This document shows positions 36,750 to 50,430 of a DNA stretch of 64,000 nucleotides, in pieces. The stretch is taken from NCBI RefSeq assembly GCF_035084215.1, contig NC_090350.1:19902001-19966000 (forward strand), given 5' to 3'. This DNA is from Heptranchias perlo (Eukaryota). The notes beneath the pieces were generated by a model, which saw only the letters and a list, made by a program, of their open reading frames with translations, was not told where the DNA came from and did not search any database. A program made the translations under genes and the position numbers. Within the stretch, counting starts at the first letter, position 1. The number at the start of each line of letters is the position of its first letter.

Positions 36750-38582
36750 ATTATCTATGCTGCTTAACATCTATAAAAGGCAAGTGCCGGGAATTCCTCA
36801 GGGTTTCTCCGAATCGGTTGCCGAAACGTCGGCGAATGGTTGGAATGCAAAGAAATCCAAAAAAAGCATATTTTCAGCAAAAAAAAACCTCAGAGAAGCT
36901 CCTTCAACTCTCCAGAAAATACCAATGATCTGAGTAGTTGCCGGTGAGAGCCCCTTTAAATAGCACCAGAAATGCCCCATTACACCCTGGTCCAGCACTG
37001 AGCATTCACCACACTAAAGTGAATGAAAATGGCATTGGGGTCCTATTGACTTCATAGGCCCCCAATTTCCGTACATTTATGAGGCTTCCGCCTGTCTTAG
37101 ACAGGAGCTCTGGCCACCAATGTCTAGGCAGAGATCAAAATGGCGGCAGATGGAATGGCAGCAGGAACAGAGCAGTAAATTGCATACCCCCATTTTCATT
37201 GTGCTACCAGCCTGTTCCTACCCAAAACCAGGAATGAAAATTGGGCCCATATCTCCTCTTAAACCATGTAAGTGAACCCACAAATTGAAGAACAGCATCT
37301 AAGACCAGGATGTCAGAAGATATACTTGGGATCTAGTGACTTATAATAACAGCACTGTGTGGGTTGGGTTGCTTGGTACTTGGCAATGTGGCAGAGTAAC
37401 AGGGAATGCCTGATCCCATCAACTATTCATTGATACTGCTTTTCTTTCACCAAACAAATGCCAAATGAAAAAAATCTGCAACACTTTCATAGCATTAAGA
37501 GAAAAGAAAACAACTTTATTGCTGAAAACTTGTGCAGTTGGAATATCGTGGAATATTTTCCATAATCCACCTTTTCTTCCTGAACATCTTTATTCACCAC
37601 AGGTACAGTAACTGGCATTAGTTCTTTCAGGACTGTCATAACATATCGGCACCAGAAATAAAATATAACACGTTTGCAAAATTTTAGCCTTATACCAAGT
37701 ACACTTTGGTGATTAGCTAAATAACTGTTCTCAGTCACCTTAGCAAGATTTGAGCTTTTTGATCTACAAGAAAAAGGACCAGGTAATAGTATTTTTACAG
37801 TAGATTCATAACAGAGGTCATGATAGCATTATATTGTAAATCAAAACCTGAATTCACATGGTCATTATATTTTTCTGTATGGTGTTCCATCTTTGAAATG
37901 CAGAATGTTGATTTTATGGATTGTAAGTGACTGAAAGTGCAGTCTCCTCCACTTGATTGAACCTGCGTAAACTTAATCATTCAGTGATTTATTTTTGAGC
38001 TTGGACTGAAGTTTACAGTCTACCCTGTACATCGGCACATGTTACATTAATTATGTTACTGCTCACCAGGTAAAAGCAGCAATAGACTAAAACAGTTCAC
38101 TTGCAATGTAATCCTACAATACAGTTGACAAAAAGCAAATCATTATGCAACAGAAAATGATTGCTAACAATTCATTGTAATCCCTTGATAAGCGAATAAA
38201 TTGTAGTATAAAATTGGAGAGCCATTGATCAGGAGCAGACCATATGCACTCAGTTATGTTCCTACTTTTTTTTAGCTACAAAAAGAGTTAACAAACTGTT
38301 TGAAATCTACGATCTATTCATTGGTCGAAATATTAAAATCATGCACACATAATGTAATGCCACTTTCATTGCTCAGTAATGTTAATTCTTTTTAGTTGAC
38401 TTTTTATTTTTTCCACAGACGAAGAAGTTATGAAAGTAATATCCACCCTTAGCTCCAGCCAAGCCCAAGGTAGAAATCCCAGCTTTTGCACCTGTTGTGA
38501 GAAAAAACAATTATTTGGTTGTTGCTAGGACTTTCCTTAAAGAATTAAAGTAATAATTAGGAACAATAAATAAAGGGATACA

Positions 38583-39534
38583 TACATACGAACATACAAA
38601 TTAAGAGCTGGGGTAGGTCATTCGGCCCCTCGAGCCTGCTCTGTCATTTGATAAGATCATGGCTGATCTGATTGTGACCTCAACCCTACTTTCCCGTCTA
38701 CCTACTATAACCTTTGTCTCCCTTGTTAATCATGAATCTATCTAACTCAGCCTTAACAATATTCAATGACCCTGCCTCCACCGCTCTCTGGGGAAGGGAG
38801 TTCTACAGACTCACGACCCTCTGAGAGAAAATATTTCTTCTCATCTCCGTCTTTAAACTTTATTTTTAAACTGTGGTCCCTAGTTCTAGTCTCTCCCACA
38901 AGGGGAAACATCCTCTCAGCATCTACCCCTTCTAGTCCTTATATGTTTCAATAAGATCACCTCTCATTCTTCTAAACTCCAATGTATACAGGCCCAACTT
39001 GTCCAACCTTTCCTCATAAGATAACCCCCACATCCCGGAATCAGTCAAGTAAACCTTCTCTGATCCGCCTCTAAAGCAATTATGTCCTTTCTTAAATAAG
39101 GAGACCAAAACTGCACGCAGTATTCTAGCTGTGGTCTCACCAATGCCCTGTACAACTGTAGCAAAACATCTCTACTTTTATATTCCATTCCCCTTGCAAT
39201 AAATGACAACATTCCATTTGCCTTCCTAATCACTTGTTGTACCTGCATACTAACTTTTTGTGATTCATGTACTAGGACACTCAGATCCCTTTGTACCTCA
39301 GAGTTCTGCAATCTCTCTCCATTTAAATAATATACTGCTTTTCTATTTCTCCTGCCAAAGTGGACAAGTTCACATTTTCCCACATTTTACTCCATCTGCC
39401 AATTTTTTGCCCACTCACTTAACCTATCTATATCCCTTTGCAGACTCCTTATGTCCTCTTCACAACTTACTTTCCTACCTACCTTTGTGTCATCAGCAAA
39501 TTTAGCAACCGTACATTTGGTCCCTTCATCCAAG
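38583..39534 (-). mobile_element. CR1 LINE 3' portion
   Basis: ORF 39045-39383 (LYRALVRPQLEYCVQFWSPY) and a CR1 3' UTR. Confidence 0.85.
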
Positions 39535-39626
39535 ATGGTTATTGTGCTCTGACATTTTTTGTGTGCAGTTGTATAAAGTAATTATGTGTACCTGTTGTTA
39601 ACATAAGAGACTCATTATAATGAGAG

Positions 39627-40455
39627 GTTTAGTTGAAATATGAATATATGGCAGATGGCGTATAATGTGTGGAAGTGTGAGATTTTTCACATTGGTAGGA
39701 AGAACATAAAAACAGAATTTTTTTAAATGGTGAGAAACTATTAAATGTTGGTGTCCAGGGAGAAATGGGTATCCTGGCAAAAGAAACACAAAAAGTTAGC
39801 ATGCAGGTACAGCAGGCAATTAGGAAAGCAAATGGCATGTTGGCCTTTATTGTATGGGGGTTGGAGTACAAGAGTAAGGAAGTCTTACTACAATTGTACA
39901 GGGCTTTGGTGAGACCTCACCCATAGTACTGCGTACAGTTTTGTTTTCCTTATAAGGATATACTTGCCTTACAGGCAGTGCAATGGAGGTTCACTAGATT
40001 AATTCCTGGGATGAGAGGGTTGTCCTATGAGGAGAGGTTGAGTAGAATGGGCCTATACTCTCTGGAGTTTAGAAGAATGAGAAGTGATCTCATTAAATTG
40101 GCTTGACAGGGTAGATGCTGAGAGGTTGTTTCCCCTGGCTGGAGAGTCTAGAACTAGAGGGCATAGTCACAGGATAAGGGGTTGGCCATTTAAGACTGAG
40201 ATGATGAGGAATTTCTTCACTCAGAGGGTTGTGAATCTTTGGAATTCTCTACCCCAGAGGGCTGTGGATGCTGAGTCGTTGAGTATATTCAAAGCTGAGA
40301 TAGATAGATTTTTGGACTCTAGGGGAATCAAGGGATATGGGGATCGGGCAGGAAGGTAGAGTTGAGGTTGGAGATCAGCCATGATCTGATTGAATGGCGG
40401 AGCAGGCTCGAGGGGCCGTATGGCCTGCTCCTGCTAATGTTTCTTATGTTCTTAT
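39627..40455 (+). mobile_element. CR1 LINE 3' portion
   Basis: NFFTQRVVNLWNSLP motif; tail cttatgttcttatg. Confidence 0.85.
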
Positions 40456-41878
40456 GAATACTTCAGATTGATTACTTTAATTCAGGGGTTCAGATGACAT
40501 TACTGTAAGATGCAGCCTTATTTTGTTTTTTTCATATACAATATATGTACTATGAAGTTTGTGGAGTCAGTTTCATCTTGCTGGTTTGTTTCCTGGCTGT
40601 CGTTGTCATGGCGGATATCGGATATGTTGACAGCTAGTATACTCCGTATTGTTGATGATGCCCATTCTGAAAGTGATCTTTTAGGTTGTGATCTACTTAT
40701 TTCAATCTTTTAAGGAATGGTAATCAACAGTTGGCCACCAGGAAATAATACAGTGAGTATTTGAAAATGCATAAATGTGCCCCATTGCACTTTTTTATTA
40801 AAATACTAGCAGATCTCCCTAGTGTCATTCATGGTATATCAAAGGTTACGCTGTTGCAAGCGGGAGGTGTGCTGGTTTGTGGAAGTGGGAGGGGGTGCAC
40901 ATCTCCATTGAAAGAATTTAGAAAGAAGTTTGTAAAACCCATTTTCAGCCAGTAAAGTAAGTAATTTTAGATTGGTTCCTGGCAAATAAATAAATAGTAT
41001 TCTTCTTATAATACATTAAAAATGTAGTGCAAAATTGAATAGCCATTAGCAGCAGGAGACTGTATGCACACAATTATTCTCCTACTTTCTCTCCCTCTAA
41101 ACAATGAGTTAACAAACTGTTTGAAAGCTACAGGTTATATATAGGCAGAAATATTAAAATCCAGCACGTATAATGCAATTGCTCTTTAATTGCATCTGTG
41201 TGCACTTCCTGTCAACTTTTTCTATTATAAATCCCTATGTCCACATTTAAAACAGAAACCAGTTATGTAAACTTGTCATGCTGTAATCGCACCTTCCCGC
41301 CAGGCTACAGTGCCATCACTTGTGGGAGGGTGTATTTATAATGTGACAAGTTTGTGTAGGAAGTTCCCATTATGGATGTAAATGTAGGAATTTATAATGG
41401 AAAGATAAAAATAAGAACAGACTTTAGAAAATTGATGTAAGTATGTCTATGTGCCCTGGTCCAATTACCCACTGCCTTTTAACCCAACTTCACCTGAAGA
41501 TCACACTTGGTTCTTGACGCCTGGTGTGCAATGCCACAAGAGATTGACTAGTTGCAAATGCATAAATACATTTTCTCCCCTCACATACTGCACTTATATA
41601 AATAAATCAATCTTTGCAGGTAATATTCGGAGAGTGATGCTTTAAGGGCTGAGTTCTGAGTTCATGCTAATTAAAATGAATGGGCGGAAAATCGTGATTT
41701 CCCAATATGAGCAGCCAGGAGCAAGGCTCCCTGCCAGTAGCATGAACTCAGAAAATGATCTGCTTATTCTCCATTTGTTTTGGGTGTTTGATTTTTATGT
41801 AGTGAAATTTTGTTTGATAACGCTCCTGTGGAGTGCCTTGGGATGTTTTATTACATTAAAGGCAATATATAAATGCAT

Positions 41879-41899
41879 GTTGTTGTTGTTGTTGTTGTT

Positions 41900-41938
<39 letters not shown>
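41879..41938 (+). repeat. Compound microsatellite (GTT)n(GTA)n at the end of an L2-type tail
   Basis: Seen directly in the sequence. Confidence 0.95.
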
Positions 41939-42448
41939 AGTCAAGAAATGTATAAAACTTAAGAAGATAAAACCAATTTGCATTTTTCATTCTTTACCAA
42001 ATATCTCTACTTTATGGCCCATTCATTCATAGTCAATGGGTGGAAAATATGAATGTTATCAAAAAATTCTGTTTAAAGAAACATAGTTATATCAGGACTT
42101 TTATTCAGAACCTCCCTCCAAACTTGGACAATAGTCCAAAACGTATCATAGTTTATATATGAATCATTTTGTTTTCCTAGTTGTTTTTGAGTTCTGAGAT
42201 AAATCTAATTGAAATAGATACAGCTGGTATAACCATTTAGAATACATTACAAAATATAGATGACAGTAATTTCCATGGGAGTTCTCCCAATATTCCAGCA
42301 ACAAATGTTTCAAATGTAATATAATGTAATGCTGAGACGTGAAATCACAGTAACAGGTGTGTACAGTGTAGCACAATTGAGAATTGCTGGATTAACACAA
42401 ATAATGTCTAATATTAAATAGGTGCAACAAGTCAACCGTATAACTTAC

Positions 42449-45367
42449 CAAGACTTTGAAGAAATGACACCAAGCCTCCTGCAGCCACCCCTCCACCATT
42501 TAGTGTTGCAGTGATTTTCATAATTAAAGCACCAATGGATTTTGCTGCTATCCCCTTCCCAGTAAACCCAAGAACTCCAAGAACTGCAGGGCCACCTAAA
42601 ATAGCTGCTCCTATGTCCAATGGAAAGGTGACACAGCAGTCAATAAAATTGTGTTTAACCATTCTTCAACTATATCTAAGTTTTACACATAGTTATCACA
42701 GAATCCCTTTAAATTATTTTATATAAACATAAGACAATATTTTCAATCACTAATTGTTAGTGATGGATTAGCTAAAATTATAACTAGCTAGATTAGCTAG
42801 AAATGTACCTTTTAAAAACATCATAATTTGAAATGAATAGTCTTGCTGTCTTGCCAAGAGATGAATCTACAATAGGGATGAATTGAGCAGATTGTAGCTG
42901 TACATTTCTGCCCACCAACAATCTTATCCCACTTCTCAGGCAGCACAGTGGGTCAGCGATACCTGTGATGAGGAGGGAGTTGGCCTGCTATTTGCTTGTA
43001 CCCATTGACTGCCTCATTGATAGCCGGTCTGTCTGCTCCACAAACCCAGGCACAAGCCTCTTAATGCCTGCGCCAACTAGAGGGATAAAATATTAACCGA
43101 GGGCTCCGGTTCAATTCTGTATCTTGTCCTGAGTTACATGGGGCAGTTGTTGGGTCACTATAATTGGCCTGAGCACTCCAAACTGTGGAGGAATCATCTA
43201 GCTTCCCCTTAAGGGCATCTATGTTATTCGCCTCAACCACTCCATGTGTTAACGAGGTCCACATACTATCCACTTTCTGGTGTGACCTTATTACTGTGTG
43301 GACTTCCATGGTACCTACTAGTGCCCCATTGCATGTGCTAGTCAAGGCTGAAAATGACCAAGCATGGATCCAACCAGTTTTTCACTTACATTGGCCAGGA
43401 TTAGGAAGGGAAGCAAGTTCAATCCTCCACTCCACTGAGCTCCTGATCTCAGCCTTGCTGTGTACAGAGAGTCAAGTGAAGCCAGACATTTCCCCACAGG
43501 CAATAGAGCAAAAATTGAGTGGGAAGCCTATACCAAATCATTCACATGAGCCTCTTGATGGGCATCCAAGAACATGATAGGCTACTGCCTGGAAACAGGC
43601 TGCTCATCCACTTGGGCACAGCAGGTGTGTACACTGAGATAGGGTGACCTATGGAGTAAGAGGGTGTGTGCACACACAGAAAGATACATACTTCTCCCTT
43701 AGAAAAAAATTATAACATGCACCAACCACAATTGTTCCATTTTCACAGTTATTACAAATATGTCCATTAGAATTTCATACAAAGGGTTAAATTCTGAAGC
43801 TGCAGAGCATGATTTCTTCTCATTCGTTCATAATACACTGTAGCTGCAATGTCTGTCCATTATTCTATCCATCCCCTTTGTTGGATGAATTTTATATTCA
43901 ATGGAAAGCTACTGTGAATTGAAAATATTAACTGATGTCCATACCTCCACCAACAGCAATGTACGGGAGTGCTTCCATTAATCCACAGGAGTCATCCTCA
44001 TCTGTAAAAGAGGAAAATTATTATTTTTATAAATGGCTATCTTTTCCCTTACTCCTCCATTTTTCTTTCATACCCCTCTTCTTCTGAAGATGCTGACTCA
44101 TGGTTGAATATGAGGGTAAATTCTTGCTCCTATGGAAAATCATGGCTGCGCCATTTCATGATATGCATTCCTGGTGTTTGCAAAATTTACCCTCTGGTTC
44201 CATATACTACCCAACTGGTTTTTCTTTGTATATGAGCTCAGTCAGTGAGTGTCAGCAGGACATTTGATTCTTGAGCCATCATAGCTGAGCCTAATCCTTT
44301 CCTAACCCAGTGCTATCAAGAAAAAGGGGCCACTGATACAAGATTATCATTATCTTCTATCTAAATGTAGGGGATCGTTGAGTATATTCAAGACTGAGAT
44401 CGATAGATTTTTGGACTGTAAGGGAATTAAGGGATATGGGGATAGGACAGGAAAGTGGAGTTGAGGTCGAAGATCAGCCATGATCTTATTGAATGGCGGA
44501 GTAGGCTCAAGGGACTATATGGCCTTTTCCTGCTCGTATTTCTTATGTTCTTATGAGATTAAGAACAGAGAGCAAGAGAAACTTAGTTGCACAGCTGAGG
44601 CAGAAGCTACATCAACACTCAAAATTAGATTGGATTGGCGAATGAAGGAAAAAGGGTTAAAGGAATATGGGAACTGGGCAGGCAAATGTGATTAGGACAA
44701 TTTGCTTGCATAGAAGATAAATGCTGACACATGCTTCTTGTGAGAGCACTATTCGCTGGGATTGTGAGATCAAGAAATTACCCATTACTCCCATAGTTAG
44801 GAAACGCATGAACATACGAAAAAGATGAATAGAAAAAGACCAGATGGTCCATCAAACTCTGTTCCATTCCACTGTGTTGCAACTAGGCAGCATGACACCA
44901 CCCCCCCGGCAATGCTCCCTACCTTCTGGCAGGCATGTCATCTCCTGGGAGAGGCAAAAAAAAATAAACAGATTAAAAAAAAACCCTAGGCCAATTCAGA
45001 GAAAACAGAATTATGGGTAATTGCTCTCCAACCCTAAGGGCAATCAAAAATGAACTTCAGGAGATAACAGTGACTGCAAGGTAAATCACCCAACATCAGG
45101 TACAAGTGTGACACAGACTTTGCATATCAGAAATGTGACTTCTGTGGTGTGACGCTGGAATTATAATGCCTGAAGTGTGATAGGCAGACAGTGTGTGGAA
45201 TCGTAAACTTTTTATAATATTAGTGGATAGATAAGTAAATGCTACTATTCGTTAATTATACTATATTCATGTATCATTTAATGGCAATACATCCACTCAC
45301 CTGTGGTTGCTAATGTGCTTGAAAATAGCAGGTAGATAATGAAGAAACCGAGTGTCCCACGAAACAT
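42449..45367 (-). CDS. IFI6: IFI6-like (ISG12 family) protein D with signal peptide; terminal exon unresolved
   Basis: Exons 45367-45301 ([22 protein letters not shown]), 44001-43945 ([19 protein letters not shown]) and 42610-42449 (162 nt, [42 protein letters not shown]). Layout and residues resemble human IFI6 (YLLLF..., KALTFMAVGGG, NGGGVPAGGLVATLQSLG). Confidence 0.85.
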
Positions 45368-46799
45368 AACTGAAATTGGGTGGAAGATTATCACAGCAAA
45401 TATTGGATAGCTCCAATTTCAGACAGCAAATTTCTAGCTGCAAAACACAGTAAACCACATTATATTTATCCAATCTAAGTTTCTCCCTCCTCCCAAGTTG
45501 AATTACAGTTCCATAGTACATTCTTCATGTGTGAGTCAAAATATTTGATGTTGGAAGGCTATTGAACGATGAGTGCCAAGACAGCTGAGCTTGATCTTTT
45601 CCTCCCCGGGGTCCAGATACACAGGGGTAGATTTTGGTCTGGGCCTGTTTACGGACCCAGACCCGATGCTGCACGACCAGCGTATGCCCAAACTGAGAGG
45701 CCCGAGGATCAATGGAAATCGATCTTGCGCCCGTTTGCATACTAATTTCTACTCCGCACACTTTTCAACAAGAGCCACTATACAGTGATCAAGAGCAGGA
45801 ACTCTGGCTGTATTTTCTCTCCCAGCCCATGGATACTGAGGCCAACAGTAGTGCCCCACAGCTGTCTGGGCTACGATCTGCTAATTTGGCACAGATCAAT
45901 TTTGGGACCTTCATAATTTATGTGGCATTTAACCACAGAGCCATGAGGAAAACCTCCAACGAACATTTTAATGTAAAGAGATTTTTTTTTAAATAAAAGG
46001 TTTTATCTGCTTTTTTGTTTTCTTTGCCGAAAGTTTTCTCATCTGTTACCATGCATTCTGTATAATACAGGTTTTTCTCATATAACTTCACCTCAATTGC
46101 CAAAATGACACTGAATTATGGGCTTAATGAGATCAGTTAACTTCAAGAAAGAGGTTTGTTAAGAAATAATGCACTCTGACAAAAGCTGTTGCACATCTGC
46201 ATTTTTATGAGAGAGATGATATTGCCAAATGTGAATGGCTTACATACTTATGAAAATAATGTACAGGAAAAGACCAGCTGTTCCTTCGAGCCTGTCCCAA
46301 ACATTAATCATGACCCTCAATGCTCCCTTAGCAGCAGCCAGCACATTCATCGCTGTATTAATTCAGGCGCTGTAGAGGCATTCTTTGTGGGCACCGAAAA
46401 CAGCCGGTAGGCCCCTTGAATATGCTAATAAGGGGTTTGACACTTGTTTTAGAACCCAAACCGGAAATTGGTTTACCCTGAACACTCCACATTAAAACTG
46501 CCGGCCACCGCTTGCCTCCCTGCCCCCTCCTGATTGTCTCACCCCTCACCTTGGACTTATTTTTGGACCTTGGCCAGCATCCCAGCTGGTTGATTTTGCT
46601 CCCCACCACGACCAGTGAGCTGCCTCTGGAGCTGCGACTGGCACCTGCAGCTCGCTGGCCTTATCCTAATGGGGTTAGTAGATTAATTTGCCGTGGTCCT
46701 GTCACCGGCCTCATTAGGCGCATGCCACATGTGCTGCACTGGGATCGTGCCCTGATTCAGGCACGATCTAACTTCCAGGCCATTATATCGACCAGGCTA

Positions 46800-47530
46800 C
46801 CTTAAGCCACCAACCGAGTAACCTCCTCAAAAAATTCAACCAGGTTGGCGAGACATAACCTTTTCCAGAAGCCATGTTGAGAGTCTCTGATAGCCCCTTC
46901 TCTGTTCAGGTGGTCACATAGAGTATCTCTAAGGATCCCTTCTAGTAACGTGTCTATAGATAAAGTCAAGCTAATGGGCCTATAGTTTCCTGGTTCTCAC
47001 TTATTGCCCTTTTTGAATATTGCTATATTAGCCTCCCTCCAATCCATGGGAACAATCCCTAACTCTAGTGAGCTGATAAATATGTAAGCAAGGAGCTCAT
47101 TTAGCATGGCTCATATCATCAGGACTAGCTGCCGGATCTGATTTAAGATCCCTTATTTTTTCCAGGATTACATCTGCATCCACTTTAACATTTGAAACAT
47201 TAGTGCTAACCACACATTGCATTAATGGCAACTGAGCACAGTCTACAGGAGTGAAGAGTGATGCAAAGTAACCATTTGAAACCTCTGCCATGTCCTAGGA
47301 GTGAGTTCACCTGAATCTGCTCTGAGGAATCTTTAACATGGCGAAGAAAGATTTTACTTTTGCTACCACAATTATCTATTATCTTCTTCTTCATTGACCT
47401 TCTGCTGCTGATGGTAGTTTTTGTTGCCTTTAGCTGAGCTCGACACCTATCCTTGTTATCTTAAGAGTTATTTTCCTTTAGTGTGTAAAAGCATTTTTGC
47501 TTAAGTCTGATCCTGTGTTCATAACCAGGG
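46800..47530 (-). mobile_element. Highly diverged CR1-type RT fragment
   Basis: The minus strand reads GNYRPISL and QHGF...NLVEFFEEVT. Confidence 0.6.
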
Positions 47531-47794
47531 GCAGAAAATGACACCCAGTTAATTTATGGGCTAATGAAGCAAAACTCTGAAAATGTTTACAACTTACACT
47601 TATGTGGCACTCTTAATGTAGTGAAATATCCCAAAGTGCATCACAAGGGGTTATGGTGTGTGTGTGTGTGTGTTGGAGGGGGGGGTGGTGGTTGGAGAGG
47701 ACACTGATCAGAAATTGTAGAAATTGATGGACGAAGGTTACGGGTGATGACTGAAGACATGGTCAAAGAGGTAGGTTTTAAAGGTGGACCTCGT

Positions 47795-48200
47795 GGCCTC
47801 ATTCCAGGAAAAACAAATCAGGTTCAGTTCTTGAGAATTAACTTTAGTTTCAATTTTGTTGAAACCATCTCCTTTTCGCTTGAGTTAACAAATACAATAT
47901 TGAAATACTGGCTGCCACAAAGGCTCAGCTGAGAAAGACAGGGTGTAACTAGTCCAAACACGCCAGAGGGCCTGTGTTTGATTTTTAGTTTGTGTAGAGC
48001 TAGGAGCTCTCAGCCTGGGTGGCAGAAAAAGTCCAACAATTGACCCCAACTCACTGGGAAAATCAGCCACATTTCCCACTCCTCATTGTGATCCAGCGAC
48101 AACTGCTAGAAAATAAATATGTAAATATCAAGTGAGAACAGAATTATGCTTATCTGTGATGCAGCCCACCCCTTCCCTCTTTAACTGAATAGGTTGCCAG
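47795..48200 (-). repeat. Duplicate of the gene D upstream promoter inside D intron 1
   Basis: Colinear with 50346-50745; lacks the TATA box and exon 1. Confidence 0.8.
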
Positions 48201-48489
48201 CAGCAAACAGCCCCAATTTCACAAGTCTCTCTTCCTATTTGTATTTCCTCATACCAGGCAGCATACCGATGAGATAATGACCAGATAATTTAGTGATGTT
48301 GGTTGAGGAATAAATATTGGCCAGGGCACTGGGGAGAACTCCCCTGCTCTTCTTCGAATAGTGTCATGGGATCTTTTACGTCCACCCGAGATGGTTTAAC
48401 GTCTCATCTGAAAGACGACATCTCTGACAGTGCACCACTCCCTATGAAATGCAATATTGCACTGAAGTTTCAGCCCTGATTACTACCAA

Positions 48490-49095
48490 GAATTGTGAAG
48501 AATTTGTTATTTAACACAATTTTAATAAACATTTCTTGAGACATGTCAAAGATGGATCAAGCAAATCCAAACAGACCAGGAAGGTTCCATGTTCACTGTC
48601 TGGTCTGTGCTGAGTTTGCCAGTCTCAGTTGGGAAAGCTGTGGGGGCGGGCAGCACTAAAATTGTCCTTAGTCAGCTATGGCTCCTGCTATGGATTGTTA
48701 TCCAGTGAGCCCTGCTGGAAAGTGTATGTGTATGGACATCGCATGAGGACAACACAGGGCCTGACTGTGATTCTATCTTCCACCCTCCCACAGATGAATA
48801 GCCTGTCGACATTCTCCGTCCAGGCTCACTAATAAAGAATGGCCACTTGGACAGGGTGGTGAAGAGCTGCTATTGGCCGTGGAACATCAGTGGCTTCAGG
48901 AATGGAGTGATAAGGGGAGAAAGTTGCAGCAGCAAAAAAAACACAGCCGCACTGATTGTTAGAGACACTTTGGATGTTTCCTGCATTTGTATGAAAAGAT
49001 ACTGCAGAGAGATAGTCAGACAGATAGATATTCTTTCAACCATTGAAAGATCTAAACTAATAATTTGACATATATAGAATGTGACAATTAAAATC
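48490..49095. repeat. Duplicate of 55970-56060 plus 57762-58285
   Basis: High similarity by eye, including unique flanks; the second copy is split by the Harbinger element at 56063-57758. Confidence 0.8.
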
Positions 49096-49371
49096 GCTGA
49101 TGCTTCTGCCTGACCGGGTTTAGCTGTCCTTTTCTAGTTGACAGACATGGGGTGGAAATTGCGTAGCACTGGCCTGTTGGAAGATACTGGGTGCTATCCC
49201 TGCACCGGAACAGGTGGCCCAAGGCCTGATCAAAATTGGACTTCGTGCCTCGTTTAAATTAGACTGGCGAACTGCAGATCCCTACTGCACATCCACAGGC
49301 AGCTCGCTGGTAAAGTGGATGTCAATTTTGGGTTGCTGTGGTGTTGGCGGCGGCCCTCAGATAGGTACTAG

Positions 49372-49640
49372 GAGGGGGAGGGATGGCGATCAGGAGAGAG
49401 GGGGAGACGATCGGCAAAGAGGGGGCAGCGGTCAGGAAGGGGGAGGCGATCGGGAGAGAGGGGAAGGTGATTGGGAGAGAGGGAGGCGGTCAGGAAGGGG
49501 GAGGGGATCAGGAGAGAGGGGAAGACGATCGGCAGAGAGGGGGAGGCAGTCAGGAAGGGGGAGGAGATCGGGAGAGAGGGGAAGGTGATTGGGCGAGAGA
49601 GGGAGGCGGTCGAGAAGGGGGAGGGGATCGGGAGGGGATA
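49372..49640 (+). repeat. Purine-rich minisatellite (gatcgggagagagggg-like units)
   Basis: Seen directly; accounts for the low-complexity ORFs at 49214 and 49383. Confidence 0.85.
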
Positions 49641-50247
49641 GAACTTACGGTCAATGGGAAATAATTTATAAAAAACAAAAAATTATATTAAAAAGCTAAA
49701 ACAAAGAATCAGTGGGCATTGCAGCTGAGCTATGCAGACCAAAAGGTCCATGGTTCAATTCCCGGTTCAATCCCCAAATAGATTATCTTTGTTGAGGTGA
49801 TGGTAGGGTCGCTACAATTGGCCTTAGCATCACTGAGCTAGGGAGGGTAAAATCAGGCAGGGTTGCCACTTCAAATCCCTACCCAGTGACTCCAGGAGTA
49901 GTCCCGTGTGGTTGAATTTCTGTCTGGGTTAACAAATGAAGCATGTCCATTTAGGTGCAGTAGTGGACTGCAGCTGACACCTCCGGGGCCAGCAAGGGGT
50001 CAATGGCCTCAGGAGAGGAGGAGGATAAGGGGAGGAAAATTGGCAGAGAAAAGAAAGGGGGAAAAAGCACAGATATTTAAAGAAGTATTAAAACCTGTAG
50101 CAACACAACATAAACACCAGACACCCCTTCACTCTGATTGAAGTGAGAAAGTTAAATGTAAATTTAAATTTTGTGTTTAGCACTATGCAATAACAATTAT
50201 TCAGAGATTATTGCACATCCTTCATCAAAAGTAATTGCATAACTTAC

Positions 50248-50430
50248 CGCAATTTGTTGGAGATCTGTTTGTGATCAGAATGAAGAACCAAACTAACAGG
50301 AAACTTCAAGCTGGCAGCACTGCTGGTATTTATATACAGCAGATCTGGCCTCATCCCAAGAAAAACAGATCAGTTTCAGTTCTCGAGAACAAACTTTAGT
50401 TTCAATTTTGGTGAAACCATGTCCTTTTCA
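50248..50430 (-). promoter_or_regulatory. Gene D non-coding exon 1 and promoter with TATA box and ISRE-like sites
   Basis: Donor GTAAGT after 50248; TATATAAATA on the minus strand at 50336-50327; agtttcagttctc at 50372-50384 and agtttcaattttg at 50398-50410. Confidence 0.7.

Noticed and set aside
37795-37940. A fourth candidate terminal exon for gene D (acceptor cactttcag, like that at 40667)
   Set aside because: In the required phase it stops after five codons (VTYNP*), and the longer ORF is in another phase.
38583-40455. Opposed CR1 fragments taken as one twin-primed insertion or a hairpin
   Set aside because: Both carry their own 3' ends, overlap in CR1 coordinates and are clearly diverged, so two separate insertions are more likely.
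49214-49664. Gly/Arg/Glu-rich ORFs
   Set aside because: These are translations of a purine-rich minisatellite in an intron.
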